Origin: Desulfurococcales archaeon
GTDB taxonomy: Archaea > Thermoproteota > Thermoprotei_A > Sulfolobales > Desulfurococcaceae
Direction of reading: 5' to 3'
Length of the DNA: 64,000 nucleotides
Assembly: GCA_027022365.1 (NCBI GenBank)
Contig: JALVYU010000026.1
Coordinates: 563,320 to 627,319 of the forward strand
Of the stretch, positions 1 through 9,112 are shown one piece after another (position 1 is the stretch's first letter; every line of letters starts with the position of its first letter). The notes below the pieces were generated by a model that did not search any database, was not told the DNA's origin, and worked only from the letters and a program-made list of their open reading frames with translations. Made by a program: the position numbers and the translations under genes.

Positions 1-1
1 C

Positions 2-319
2 AGTAACAGGGTATTCTTCGGAGTATGGGATGCACGTAGACTCCACGAGCTCTCGGTAGAGTTTGACCATATAATTTCCAATCCACCCTACGGGATAAGA
101 TATGGTAGTCCTTCAACTGTTCGTAGGCTCTATAAGGACTTCTTAGCATCCGCATCGAGATGTCTGAGCAATCGAGGAAGAATAACAATAATTACGACCG
201 AATATAACTTCGTAAACAAAGTTATTGATGAACTAGGGCTTATCAGAGTGCATGAACGAACAGTACACCATGGAAGTCTATATCCACATATTATCGTCCT
301 CGAGAAAAGAAGTAGCTAG
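2..319 (+). CDS. 3' end of a Trm14/TrmN-like (THUMP-associated) RNA amino-methyltransferase, truncated by the window edge
   Basis: Manual translation of frame 2 gives ...WDARRL..FDHIISNPPYGIRYG...LYKDF...HIIVLEKRSS*. NPPY is amino-MTase motif IV. Confidence 0.75.
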   Translation, partial: SNRVFFGVWDARRLHELSVEFDHIISNPPYGIRYGSPSTVRRLYKDFLASASRCLSNRGRITIITTEYNFVNKVIDELGLIRVHERTVHHGSLYPHIIVLEKRSS

Positions 320-408
320 ACATAGTTTTACCGAGATAGAGAATATTTATAAAATATCTCCAAACTCTAACACATTAGAGCTGAATGTAGATAGAGAAGT
401 GGTGAAAT

Positions 409-933
409 ATGCCCCTAAGACCAGCACGATGCTATACACACTTCAGCGGTCCACCTTACACGAGGAAAGAGTATATACCGGGAGTGCCACAGCCCAAGAT
501 CGTCAAGTTTGAAATGGGGAATGTTCACGGCGATTATGATTACGTTGCAGAACTTGTAATGATCGAGGCTGGACAGATAAGACATAATGCATTAGAAGCA
601 GCGCGTGTAATGGCGAACAAATATCTCAGCACAAATGTGGGCGAAAACAACTACTTCCTAAAAGTAAGGGTTTATCCTCACCATGTATTGAGAGAAAACA
701 AGATGATGGCGTTCGCTGGTGCAGACCGTCTACAGGATGGAATGAGACAGGCATTCGGAAAGCCAATAGGAACTGCAGCAAGAGTATATCCAGGAACAGT
801 GGTAATGGAGGTACGCATAAAGAAAGAACATGTTGAACACGCCAAAGAAGCATTAAGGAGAGCAGCCTCTAAACTACCATTACCAGCAAGGATTAGATTC
901 AAACCATTAAAACCAGGTCTAAAACCAGTCTGA
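409..933 (+). CDS. rpl10e: 50S ribosomal protein L10e (uL16)
   Basis: [33 protein letters not shown] and [16 protein letters not shown] signatures. Confidence 0.97.
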   Translation: MPLRPARCYTHFSGPPYTRKEYIPGVPQPKIVKFEMGNVHGDYDYVAELVMIEAGQIRHNALEAARVMANKYLSTNVGENNYFLKVRVYPHHVLRENKMMAFAGADRLQDGMRQAFGKPIGTAARVYPGTVVMEVRIKKEHVEHAKEALRRAASKLPLPARIRFKPLKPGLKPV

Positions 934-1063
934 TTTTACAATCACAAATATGATAATGGATTAAAGAATACGCCCTATTCAGTACTCTATTCTATAATTC
1001 CAGTGATTTTCGTCATCTGGGCCGGACAACCTAGATAATTATGCCTCAAGTAAGAATCAAATA

Positions 1064-2107
1064 GTGATGAGTATGGTAAAAATTAGTGATCTCTATGAGC
1101 TAGATCTGAATATGCTAGGGAAATTTATCATTGAGAACAATGTGAAGAGACTATTACTACAAGCTCCGGATGGGCTTAAATCCCTCCTACATGAACTTGT
1201 TTTGTTTATGAAGAAAAATTTCCCGGAGGTCAAACTAACAATTTCGGGCGAGCCATGGTATGGTTCTTGCATGCTTAGAACCGATGAAATTGATACTATG
1301 GACGTAGACGCTGTTGTACACGTTGGTCATAATAGATATCCTTGGCTATACAAGGATCTCCCGATCCCAGTACTGTATATGCCGGCTTATTATTCCGGAG
1401 AACCCTCGGATAAGTTGGTCGATGAAATAATACAAACTATATATAGTAAGAACATAGGACTGGTTGCAAGCATACAATATATACGTTATCTTAGCAGATT
1501 AGCAGATCACCTTAATCGAAAAGGCTATGTTATACATATCGGTGAGCCATCGAATCCGTGGATGGAGAAGGGACAAGTGCTTGGATGTGAATATAGTGCC
1601 GCTCTAAATATACGTGGAAAGACCAAGATATTTATCGTCGTTTCTGGGGGGAAATTCCATGCTCTAGGCTTATCATTGATTTTGAGAAACCATCTTGTCT
1701 ATGGACTCGATCCTCATAGGGAACGTATATGGAATGCGTCTAAATACTCTGAAAAAATTCTGAAGATTAGATACTACAAAATATATGAATTATTGAAGAG
1801 AGATATCCAGAGAATAGCCTTAATAACATCGCCAACACTCGGTCAATACAGGTTATCACTTTTGAATTATCTAGAAAGTCTTCTCAATAAGCACAATGTT
1901 CAGTACCTTGTTTTCTCAGTTTCAATGGTAGATAAGGACAGGATAGCATCAATTGATAACGCGTTTAGTCCTGACGCGTTTGTCATAACGAGCTGCCCTA
2001 GGCTCCCAATAGATGATTTATCCGATTATCATAAACCGGTAATAACACCTGGAGAACTTATAATGGTGCTCAAAAAAGAGCTTAGCGAATACATGTTTCC
2101 TTGGTGA
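1064..2107 (+). CDS. dph2: Diphthamide biosynthesis protein Dph2 (4Fe-4S)
   Basis: LQAPDGL and HVGH motifs plus three conserved Cys (YGSC, VLGC, TSCPRL). Confidence 0.93.
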   Translation: MMSMVKISDLYELDLNMLGKFIIENNVKRLLLQAPDGLKSLLHELVLFMKKNFPEVKLTISGEPWYGSCMLRTDEIDTMDVDAVVHVGHNRYPWLYKDLPIPVLYMPAYYSGEPSDKLVDEIIQTIYSKNIGLVASIQYIRYLSRLADHLNRKGYVIHIGEPSNPWMEKGQVLGCEYSAALNIRGKTKIFIVVSGGKFHALGLSLILRNHLVYGLDPHRERIWNASKYSEKILKIRYYKIYELLKRDIQRIALITSPTLGQYRLSLLNYLESLLNKHNVQYLVFSVSMVDKDRIASIDNAFSPDAFVITSCPRLPIDDLSDYHKPVITPGELIMVLKKELSEYMFPW

Positions 2108-2137
2108 GATCTCGGAGAAACTGTATACGTCGAAATA

Positions 2138-3016
2138 TTATTTCTTCATACTATCTCCTCTGTGGATGGGGTGATACGGTCTGGGCAGGTATTCGACTCC
2201 GGGCCTGTACTGCAGTGCTTGTGGATATAGCTCCATAAGCTCATAGACCTCGGGCGGTATCTCGTCTTTGACCGGCAGGCCTAGTTCTTTAGCTTCTTCG
2301 AAGGTTATTGGGTAGTCATGGGTATAGTATCCCTCGGTAAGCTTCTTAGCTATTTCTTCGGCTTTCTCGTCGGGCATTCTACCCTTAAGGATCTTCTTGA
2401 TAAAGTCCTGCATTTCTCTCAGTGCTTTCTCAGCAATATCGGCATATATCAGGATCTCATCGCTCGCTTTTTCTCCCTTTATCTTCGCGATCTTTATCAG
2501 ACTCGGAGCGGGGAACGTGCCTTTCGGTGTAGGTAGCTGTGGATCGAGAGGGCCGAGAACTGCATGGCGATCTAACAGTATTTCGTCAGCAGCCAGAGCT
2601 ATAAGCGTTCCACCGCTCATAGCATAGTGGGGGACTATTACTATCTTTTTTGCTGGATGACTTCTCAGAGCCATTGCTATCTGGGAAGCCGCTAGAACTA
2701 GTCCTCCAGGCGTATGTAGTATTAGTGCTATTGGTTGTTCGGGCGGAGTAGTTCTTATAGCCCGTATGATGGCCTCGGAATCCTCTATGTCTATGAACCT
2801 ATAAACAGGAATGCCCAAGAACCCTATCTTCTCCTGCCTATGTATCATCGTGATAACGCGCCATCCATACTTTCTCTCAAGAGCCCGGATCACGCGTAGC
2901 CTTGCGCTCAACAATGCCTTATACTGGAGCTGTGGATGAATTAACACATAGAGTAGTAGGAGCCAAAACAATAAACTAATAATGTCTCCGAAGCCATCCA
3001 ATTTCGTTACACCCAA
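2138..3016 (-). CDS. SDH/ClpP-fold serine protease (DUF114 family) with N-terminal TM helix
   Basis: IHRQE, LHTPGG, PHYAMSGGTLIALAAD, LGPLDPQ and THDYPI motifs. Confidence 0.88.
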   Translation of the reverse strand: MGVTKLDGFGDIISLLFWLLLLYVLIHPQLQYKALLSARLRVIRALERKYGWRVITMIHRQEKIGFLGIPVYRFIDIEDSEAIIRAIRTTPPEQPIALILHTPGGLVLAASQIAMALRSHPAKKIVIVPHYAMSGGTLIALAADEILLDRHAVLGPLDPQLPTPKGTFPAPSLIKIAKIKGEKASDEILIYADIAEKALREMQDFIKKILKGRMPDEKAEEIAKKLTEGYYTHDYPITFEEAKELGLPVKDEIPPEVYELMELYPQALQYRPGVEYLPRPYHPIHRGDSMKK

Positions 3017-3042
3017 ATTTTTCCTAATGGTGACTGATTAAT

Positions 3043-3687
3043 ATGCTTTATAACACTAGACTGAATAAAAGAAACCTTGAATCGGTTCTTGAGCAGATAC
3101 CAGGTTTTAGTACACCTAAGAGATCTTTAGAACAATATGTAACGCCTTCTAACCTAGCAGCGGAGATCCTATGGTTAGCGTACATGCACGGCGACATATC
3201 TGGAAAGACAATTGCAGATCTAGGATGTGGGACTCTGAGACTGGCGATAGGTGCTTTGATTCTAGGAGCTAAAAGGGTATTAGCTATCGATATTGACTGT
3301 AGTGTTTTAACCAGTGCATTAAGAATAAATGAAAATTTCTTGAAAATATTCGGTCATAAGATCATCATGGTGTGCTCTGATGTCAGGGAAGCCTATACGA
3401 ATCATGTGGACACAGTCATTATGAATCCCCCATTCGGTGTCTATCGGAAGAACCGGGGACTAGACATAATCTTTCTAAAGAAAGCATTCGAAATAGCCAA
3501 TTCTGTCTACTCTATCCATAAGTATAGTCCTGGGCTTCATAGACTAGTCCAAGTATTATCCGACAGTTATGGTTTCAGGATAATCGATGAGAAAATAAGG
3601 GATCTAATGATACCTATGATTTTCAAAACACATACCAGACGCATATATAGGGTTAAAGCTGTTATCTACATATTCAGGAAATCATAG
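3043..3687 (+). CDS. METTL5-family RNA N6-adenine methyltransferase
   Basis: LEQYVTP, DLGCGT, MNPPFG, YSIHK; conserved position next to csl4. Confidence 0.9.
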   Translation: MLYNTRLNKRNLESVLEQIPGFSTPKRSLEQYVTPSNLAAEILWLAYMHGDISGKTIADLGCGTLRLAIGALILGAKRVLAIDIDCSVLTSALRINENFLKIFGHKIIMVCSDVREAYTNHVDTVIMNPPFGVYRKNRGLDIIFLKKAFEIANSVYSIHKYSPGLHRLVQVLSDSYGFRIIDEKIRDLMIPMIFKTHTRRIYRVKAVIYIFRKS

Positions 3688-3725
3688 TTCCCAGACAAGG
3701 ATTCGAAGAAATATGGTGGAACGGT

Positions 3726-4295
3726 ATGGAGAAACCAAGACAAGGTATGCCTGTAACTCCCGGCGATTATCTTGGTGTGGAGGAAGAATACTTTCCAGGC
3801 TATGGAGCATACATCGACGATGAAGGGAACATTAGGTCTCAGCTTGTTGGGAGAGTATTAATAGATATTGTCAAAAGGACGATTGAAGTAAGACAAGTCA
3901 GGGGTAAGCCGATCATACCAAGGCCCGGTGATGTTGTACTAGGTATTGTTGAGACGGTATCTAATGACCTAGCATTTATCAGGATATACAATATCGAGAA
4001 CAAGCCCTCGCGTTCCACAGATTTCACTGGTGTACTGCATATATCACAGGTGAGCAACGAATATGTTGAAACAATGTATGATGTGTTGCGACTGGGAGAT
4101 GTTGTAAGAGCTAAGGTATTGAATAGTCTGCAACCATTCCAGTTAAATACTAAACACCCATCTTTCGGAGTAGTAGTTGCTTTCTGTAGCAAATGTGGAG
4201 AAATACTAAAGCTGAAAGATGACAGACTTATTTGCCCTGTCTGTGGAAGCGTCGAGAAGCGGAAGATAAGCTCTAAGTATTTCTTCAGGTGGTAA
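3726..4295 (+). CDS. csl4: Exosome complex RNA-binding protein Csl4
   Basis: VTPGDYLG, S1 domain (GVLHISQV..GDVVRAKV) and C-terminal Zn ribbon CSKC..CPVC..EKRKIS. Confidence 0.95.
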   Translation: MEKPRQGMPVTPGDYLGVEEEYFPGYGAYIDDEGNIRSQLVGRVLIDIVKRTIEVRQVRGKPIIPRPGDVVLGIVETVSNDLAFIRIYNIENKPSRSTDFTGVLHISQVSNEYVETMYDVLRLGDVVRAKVLNSLQPFQLNTKHPSFGVVVAFCSKCGEILKLKDDRLICPVCGSVEKRKISSKYFFRW

Positions 4296-4296
4296 A

Positions 4297-4944
4297 TTGC
4301 CCCTTCTTAAGAGGAGCTTCTATATCAAATGTCATGGTGATGAATGCCTTAAACTAGTCGAGCTGATCCGTGATAAGGCACCAGCGGTTGAAACGATGAA
4401 CATAACAATAGAGCAGTCCGGACTTAGGATAGACATGTATGGATATAAATCAGATGTACGCAATGCTTGGATCTATATAAAAAGACTAGTATCCGCATAT
4501 AAATCTGCCATTGTTGAAAAGAGGGGATTAAGAGAAATAAGTATCGATTTCCTTGTCGAAAAAGTTGGACGTACATTTCCTCCGCGGCTCCTAGAGTTTA
4601 TTGTCAGGAAGAAAGGTCATAAAGCCCGTGTTGAGGGAGATAGGATAATCACGGATGCTGATCTAGATGAAATCATCGATACAATTAAGAGAATAGTAGA
4701 AGTACTAGATAAAATACACTTCAGTGTGAAAGGTACCGCGTGTAAGTACTTCATTGTGGCCTCAGCCCTCATGGCCAATAAGAGCTACCAAGCAATTATT
4801 GAGGAGGGTTTACGAGCCCATATACTCGACAAGGATGAAGATAGAAGAATTATACTCAAGAAAGAGTGGCGTTCAGCCGTAGATCAGATCCTTAAAGTCC
4901 TAGACAGTGCGAATAATATAAAAGACAATAACTACGCCCTATAA
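4297..4944 (+). CDS. DUF2067-like archaeal protein
   Basis: 215 aa, CxxxECxxL N-terminus, position between csl4 and rpoL. Confidence 0.65.
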   Translation: MPLLKRSFYIKCHGDECLKLVELIRDKAPAVETMNITIEQSGLRIDMYGYKSDVRNAWIYIKRLVSAYKSAIVEKRGLREISIDFLVEKVGRTFPPRLLEFIVRKKGHKARVEGDRIITDADLDEIIDTIKRIVEVLDKIHFSVKGTACKYFIVASALMANKSYQAIIEEGLRAHILDKDEDRRIILKKEWRSAVDQILKVLDSANNIKDNNYAL

Positions 4945-4977
4945 TATTTTGAACGTACTCATTATTGGTGGAACGCC

Positions 4978-5253
4978 ATGAACGTAGAGGTAAAGCGCGT
5001 TACGGATAACGAAATAATAATCATTATTGAGGGCGAAGACGATACCATAGGCAACTTGATAGCAAAATCAGCTGTCCAACACCCTAACGTTGTCTATGCA
5101 ACATACAGAATACCTCATCCTCTCGAGAGAAAAGTCGAAATAATAATAAGTGTAGATAAGAATGCCGATCTTGGAAGTACTATCTCGGAGATAATTCAGA
5201 ATATCAAAGAGCAACTAGAGGAGTTCAAAAAGAAAATCGATGAAGCTTTATGA
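4978..5253 (+). CDS. rpoL: RNA polymerase subunit L (Rpo11)
   Basis: IEGEDDTIGNLI and ATYRIPHPL motifs. Confidence 0.93.
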   Translation: MNVEVKRVTDNEIIIIIEGEDDTIGNLIAKSAVQHPNVVYATYRIPHPLERKVEIIISVDKNADLGSTISEIIQNIKEQLEEFKKKIDEAL

Positions 5254-5564
5254 AAACCGAGTCAAGGCTATTAGTCATCAGCCATTGTAGAGACTATATT
5301 ATAGGAATCGTTTATCGAAGAAACAGTGTTGAGGAAATATATTTTGAGAAAAACACAAAGGTTCTACCTGGAAGATTCACAGATAAACTAAAGACAAGAG
5401 ATGAGATTACATACTGTATTTCATGTGATTCCTTATTAGACCCAGTAAATTGTAAACACAGAATATTTGCTAGTGCCTCGGATAATCTTGAGATCCTGCT
5501 AGAGAGATGCCGAGATCACGATTCAATCTGTGAGGTTATCAAGAGTACTATGATAAAACGTTAA
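5250..5564 (+). CDS. Hypothetical protein, possibly a degenerate DUF99-like fragment
   Basis: ATGA overlap with the rpoL stop; 104 aa, Cys-rich. Confidence 0.55.
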   Translation: MKTESRLLVISHCRDYIIGIVYRRNSVEEIYFEKNTKVLPGRFTDKLKTRDEITYCISCDSLLDPVNCKHRIFASASDNLEILLERCRDHDSICEVIKSTMIKR

Positions 5565-5668
5565 AACACTAGTACTTCTGCGTCATTAGCAGAGAATACT
5601 GCTAATAAACCGGTAAGATACATTACATTACTTCAAACAAGAAGTAGCAGGCATAAGGGCTGATAGAA

Positions 5669-6016
5669 TTGCCGAGATTTTGTCCAAAATGTGGGGGCTT
5701 GATGAAGCCTGTCAGGAAAAAAGATGGTGTCTATCTAGTTTGTATGAGATGCGGGTATGCCGCTAAGGCATCAACAGCTGATCTCAAGGGATACAGGATC
5801 TCTAGGAAAATAATGCATACTGAAAAAGAAAAAACCATCGTGATAACCGAAGAAGATCGTCTGAGAGGCCTCCCTATTACAAAAGAAGTAACTTGTCCAA
5901 AATGTGGGTTTCACGAAGCGTATTATTGGATGATACAAACCAGGGCGGCTGACGAGCCTCCCACGAGATTCTATAGATGTAGAAGATGCGGCTATGTATG
6001 GAGGGAGTATGAATAA
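5669..6016 (+). CDS. tfs: Transcription factor S (TFS/RpoM family)
   Basis: Two Zn ribbons and the acidic hairpin QTRAADEPPTRFYRC. Confidence 0.95.
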   Translation: MPRFCPKCGGLMKPVRKKDGVYLVCMRCGYAAKASTADLKGYRISRKIMHTEKEKTIVITEEDRLRGLPITKEVTCPKCGFHEAYYWMIQTRAADEPPTRFYRCRRCGYVWREYE

Positions 6017-6204
6017 TGTGTAGTGCTCCACCACAAACATGTGTAGATGTTAGCGAGATATTCGCTATGCTGAGGCAACTCGAGGATATGCTTAGCGAGG
6101 CATATTTTGTAACGCCACAACATATTGCATCGAGGCCTCTTATTTATAGATCATTACTGCTTGTTCGTTCTCTAATGAAAGAATATTGTCAGAGCAGGTC
6201 TTAG
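6016..6204 (+). CDS. Small hypothetical protein
   Basis: TAATG coupling to the tfs stop; 62 aa, helical-looking. Confidence 0.5.
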   Translation: MCSAPPQTCVDVSEIFAMLRQLEDMLSEAYFVTPQHIASRPLIYRSLLLVRSLMKEYCQSRS

Positions 6205-6260
6205 AGAATCTATTAATATCGAGTAAAGATTATTCATAAAATGTACAGTACACCGTTCTT

Positions 6261-7019
6261 ATGGGTGATATTTTGAGGCTCAGATTCATTGACGCCAGAG
6301 TATGGAGATATGCAATGAACGCTATCGGCAAGATAATAGATGAGGCAGCGTTTCGTTTCACCGAGGATGGATTGAGGCTAAGAGCTATCGATGCATCGAG
6401 AATCGTGATGGTAGACTTTACAATGAATAGAGAAAGCTTTGACGAATACGAAGTAAATAAAGAAGAAGTTGTTGGCGTGAATATGGAGGATCTGGTTAAG
6501 ATCCTGAGGAGAGCGGTGAAGGAGGATCAGCTTGAGCTAGAGACCTTGGAGGCTGGAAGGCTGGCTGTAAGTTTTATCGGTAAGGGCCGTAGAACTTTCA
6601 TAATTCCAAGCCTAGAGACTTTAGCTGAAGAACTACCGGAGCTAAATATACCGTTCACCGTTCATGTAAAGATGCTTCCTTCAGTATTCAGAGATGTTGT
6701 AAAAGAACTTGAACCGATCAGTGATGCAATAGAGTTTATCGTTAAGAAAGATGAAAGGAAGATAATCGCCAAAGCATCGGGAGATATAGTCGAGGCGGAA
6801 ATTGAGCTTACGGAAGAGAGTGGTGCATTAATAGAATTCAACGCCAAAGAAGACGCTAGGGCGGTATATACAATTGATTACCTCTCAGATATATCGGCGG
6901 CTGCCCAGGCGGCTAACGAACTGGTATTAGAGCTAGCATCAGCTGTTCCATGCAAATTAGAATACATATTGCCTCAGGAAGGAAGGTTAGTGTTCTATGT
7001 CGCGCCCCGCGTCGAGTAA
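6261..7019 (+). CDS. pcn: DNA polymerase sliding clamp PCNA
   Basis: IIDEAAF..GLRLRAIDASRIVMV and C-terminal FYVAPRVE. Confidence 0.95.
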   Translation: MGDILRLRFIDARVWRYAMNAIGKIIDEAAFRFTEDGLRLRAIDASRIVMVDFTMNRESFDEYEVNKEEVVGVNMEDLVKILRRAVKEDQLELETLEAGRLAVSFIGKGRRTFIIPSLETLAEELPELNIPFTVHVKMLPSVFRDVVKELEPISDAIEFIVKKDERKIIAKASGDIVEAEIELTEESGALIEFNAKEDARAVYTIDYLSDISAAAQAANELVLELASAVPCKLEYILPQEGRLVFYVAPRVE

Positions 7020-8133
7020 TCTTAGGCATTTAAAGAGTCTTTTCAGACAATACTACTCAACGGGCTGTCTAGAAGAGCCAGCGTATATTCATAGGAGAGA
7101 AATAGGCGTTCAACTAATAGGGGAGGCGACTTATCGTAGACACCTTTCTTTTCCTTCAATGACGATGTTGTACAAGTTCATTATAGAAAATCCGCCACTA
7201 CATCTTTACTATTCTTCAGCCTATTATGATGATCCTTCTGCGAAGGATATGGGGGCGAAGGGGTGGCGTGGCTCAGATCTGTTATTCGATATAGATGCGG
7301 ATCACTACCAGGGATGCAATAAAGCAATAACTTTTTGCACTAAATGCGGCAAGAACTTCGAAGGAATACATAAACAATGCCCCTCATGCGGCTCTACAAA
7401 TGTTATTGTTTATCCAATAATAGGTTTTGAATGTATTAAAAGAGCATATAATGATGCGATGAAAATACAGATTATATTGAAGGATGATTTCGGACTAAAG
7501 AATATTAAGGTATACTTTTCCGGGAATCGAGGATTCCATGTGAAGTGCTCTGATGACGAAATTCTCGACCTCACTAGTGATGAAAGGAGAGAATTAGCAA
7601 TGTATATATCATTAAACGGTTTAGAGCCTGCCTTGGTTTTTCCACCAATAACTAAAAGGAAGATCGTAATTTTTACCTCTCAAGAATATGGTATCAGAAA
7701 AAGAATTTTCATAGATTTGAACCGTAAAGACTTGTTGCGAAGAAGGGGCGCCTTATATGAAGCTGACTACACTGATGTATTATACTCTATCGATGATAAT
7801 CGAGTAGATATCGATACTGTTGTGACAATGGACATATCTCGGCTGTCACGTTTTGGCGGCTCAATTAATGGCAAGTCGGGATTAGTTGTTTCCTCTATTA
7901 GCGAACAATTACCTAGTGGTTATGCAGAGTTTTCCCCATGGGATGGAACAATTGTTATTAAGCCAATCGTGGATTTCTCTGGTCTACCTGTTCTGGACAA
8001 TAAACTTAACTTAAAGACCGGTATACCTATACGTGTTAAAACATATGTTGGACTATACCTAGCACTCAAAGGGCTTGCTAAAATAGAGAACATAGAGAGG
8101 GTGGAGATAAGGAAATGTATGATATCTTCCTGA
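6997..8133 (+). CDS. priS: DNA primase small (catalytic) subunit
   Basis: YYSSAYY, DLLFDIDADH, FSGNRGFH, IDTVVTMDISRLSR. Confidence 0.95.
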   Translation: MSRPASSNLRHLKSLFRQYYSTGCLEEPAYIHRREIGVQLIGEATYRRHLSFPSMTMLYKFIIENPPLHLYYSSAYYDDPSAKDMGAKGWRGSDLLFDIDADHYQGCNKAITFCTKCGKNFEGIHKQCPSCGSTNVIVYPIIGFECIKRAYNDAMKIQIILKDDFGLKNIKVYFSGNRGFHVKCSDDEILDLTSDERRELAMYISLNGLEPALVFPPITKRKIVIFTSQEYGIRKRIFIDLNRKDLLRRRGALYEADYTDVLYSIDDNRVDIDTVVTMDISRLSRFGGSINGKSGLVVSSISEQLPSGYAEFSPWDGTIVIKPIVDFSGLPVLDNKLNLKTGIPIRVKTYVGLYLALKGLAKIENIERVEIRKCMISS

Positions 8134-8609
8134 AGCTTGTTAGAGAGGAATTAACAACGGGAAAACTATTATCCCTACCTGATGCGAAGATCAGTGATTT
8201 CCAAGACTTTATAAGATCATCTGTTACAATGCTACATAATACTCCGTTAGAATCGAGAAAATTCTTCATCGAAGCCTATAAGAAGGCTATACGTGATGCT
8301 GAGAATTTGTTAAGAATAAGGGTTGCCAAGATATGTCTCGGTGCAAGACATGATGGTGAAACGTATGATTCGGAAATGCTTAGCTCTATTAGTGCTATCA
8401 TAGATTTTTACAGGGATCTTATTATTGGAGCATACATTATGCCTTCTAGGGATAGTGTCGTCGTTAAGTTCAAAACCGGTATTGAGATTAGTGGTAGAAA
8501 ATACAGAGCGGGTGATATAGCTCCTGTAGATATAAGAAAGGCGTTGGGTCTGTATATTCTCGGAGTAGCCGAACCTGTGAAACAACCTATATTTTACCAT
8601 TTACTATAG
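8115..8609 (+). CDS. GINS subunit Gins15/Gins51
   Basis: Follows pcn-priS; helical A domain with LLRIRVAKI, then beta-rich B domain YRAGDIAPV..ALGLYILGVAEP. Confidence 0.75.
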   Translation: MYDIFLKLVREELTTGKLLSLPDAKISDFQDFIRSSVTMLHNTPLESRKFFIEAYKKAIRDAENLLRIRVAKICLGARHDGETYDSEMLSSISAIIDFYRDLIIGAYIMPSRDSVVVKFKTGIEISGRKYRAGDIAPVDIRKALGLYILGVAEPVKQPIFYHLL

Positions 8610-8624
8610 TTTTTGTTTGGTCTT

Positions 8625-9065
8625 CTAGACAGCCATGTAGTAGTACAATAATAAGATCGACAAAATTGTTAGACCTAGCAGGCCGACAATCAATGTTAGA
8701 TATATGCGTGCAACCCCGGTTTCCTTCAAAGATCTGAACCCCTTAGGTTGCAGGGTGGGCTCAAAATGCGGTATCACAAATGCGATGAACAGGCTCAATA
8801 ACATAACGACCGTAACGACTAGGGGGACTCCAATTACCTGTATACCGGTTAAACCATAATTCTCGAAATACACTGTGAGTGCGCGCACCCATCCGGGAAC
8901 AATTGCTATAATTACGAGGCCAAGCAATGCAAGCACTAGTTTTGAGCTTTTCTCGATAACGTAATCAAACTCCAAGATATAGCTCAGATGCTCCCTCTTT
9001 ATCCTGGGCACATTCTCCACCCATAAGGTAATCATGTATTTGGTACTCGACGGCCTAACAGACAC
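8625..9065 (-). CDS. Hypothetical membrane protein (about 3 TM helices)
   Basis: Three hydrophobic segments; divergent from the STT3-like gene. Confidence 0.65.
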   Translation of the reverse strand: MSVRPSSTKYMITLWVENVPRIKREHLSYILEFDYVIEKSSKLVLALLGLVIIAIVPGWVRALTVYFENYGLTGIQVIGVPLVVTVVMLLSLFIAFVIPHFEPTLQPKGFRSLKETGVARIYLTLIVGLLGLTILSILLLYYYMAV

Positions 9066-9112
9066 TATTGGCTTTTTCTAGTAAATAAACAAATTTATTT
9101 TGCACGGCCGTA

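Noticed and set aside
252-512. 86-aa ORF
   Set aside because: Overlaps the methyltransferase 3' end and rpl10e in another frame; no recognisable motif
5585-5606. 8-bp inverted repeat ATTAGCAG/CTGCTAAT upstream of tfs
   Set aside because: Single occurrence; operator, hairpin and chance cannot be told apart
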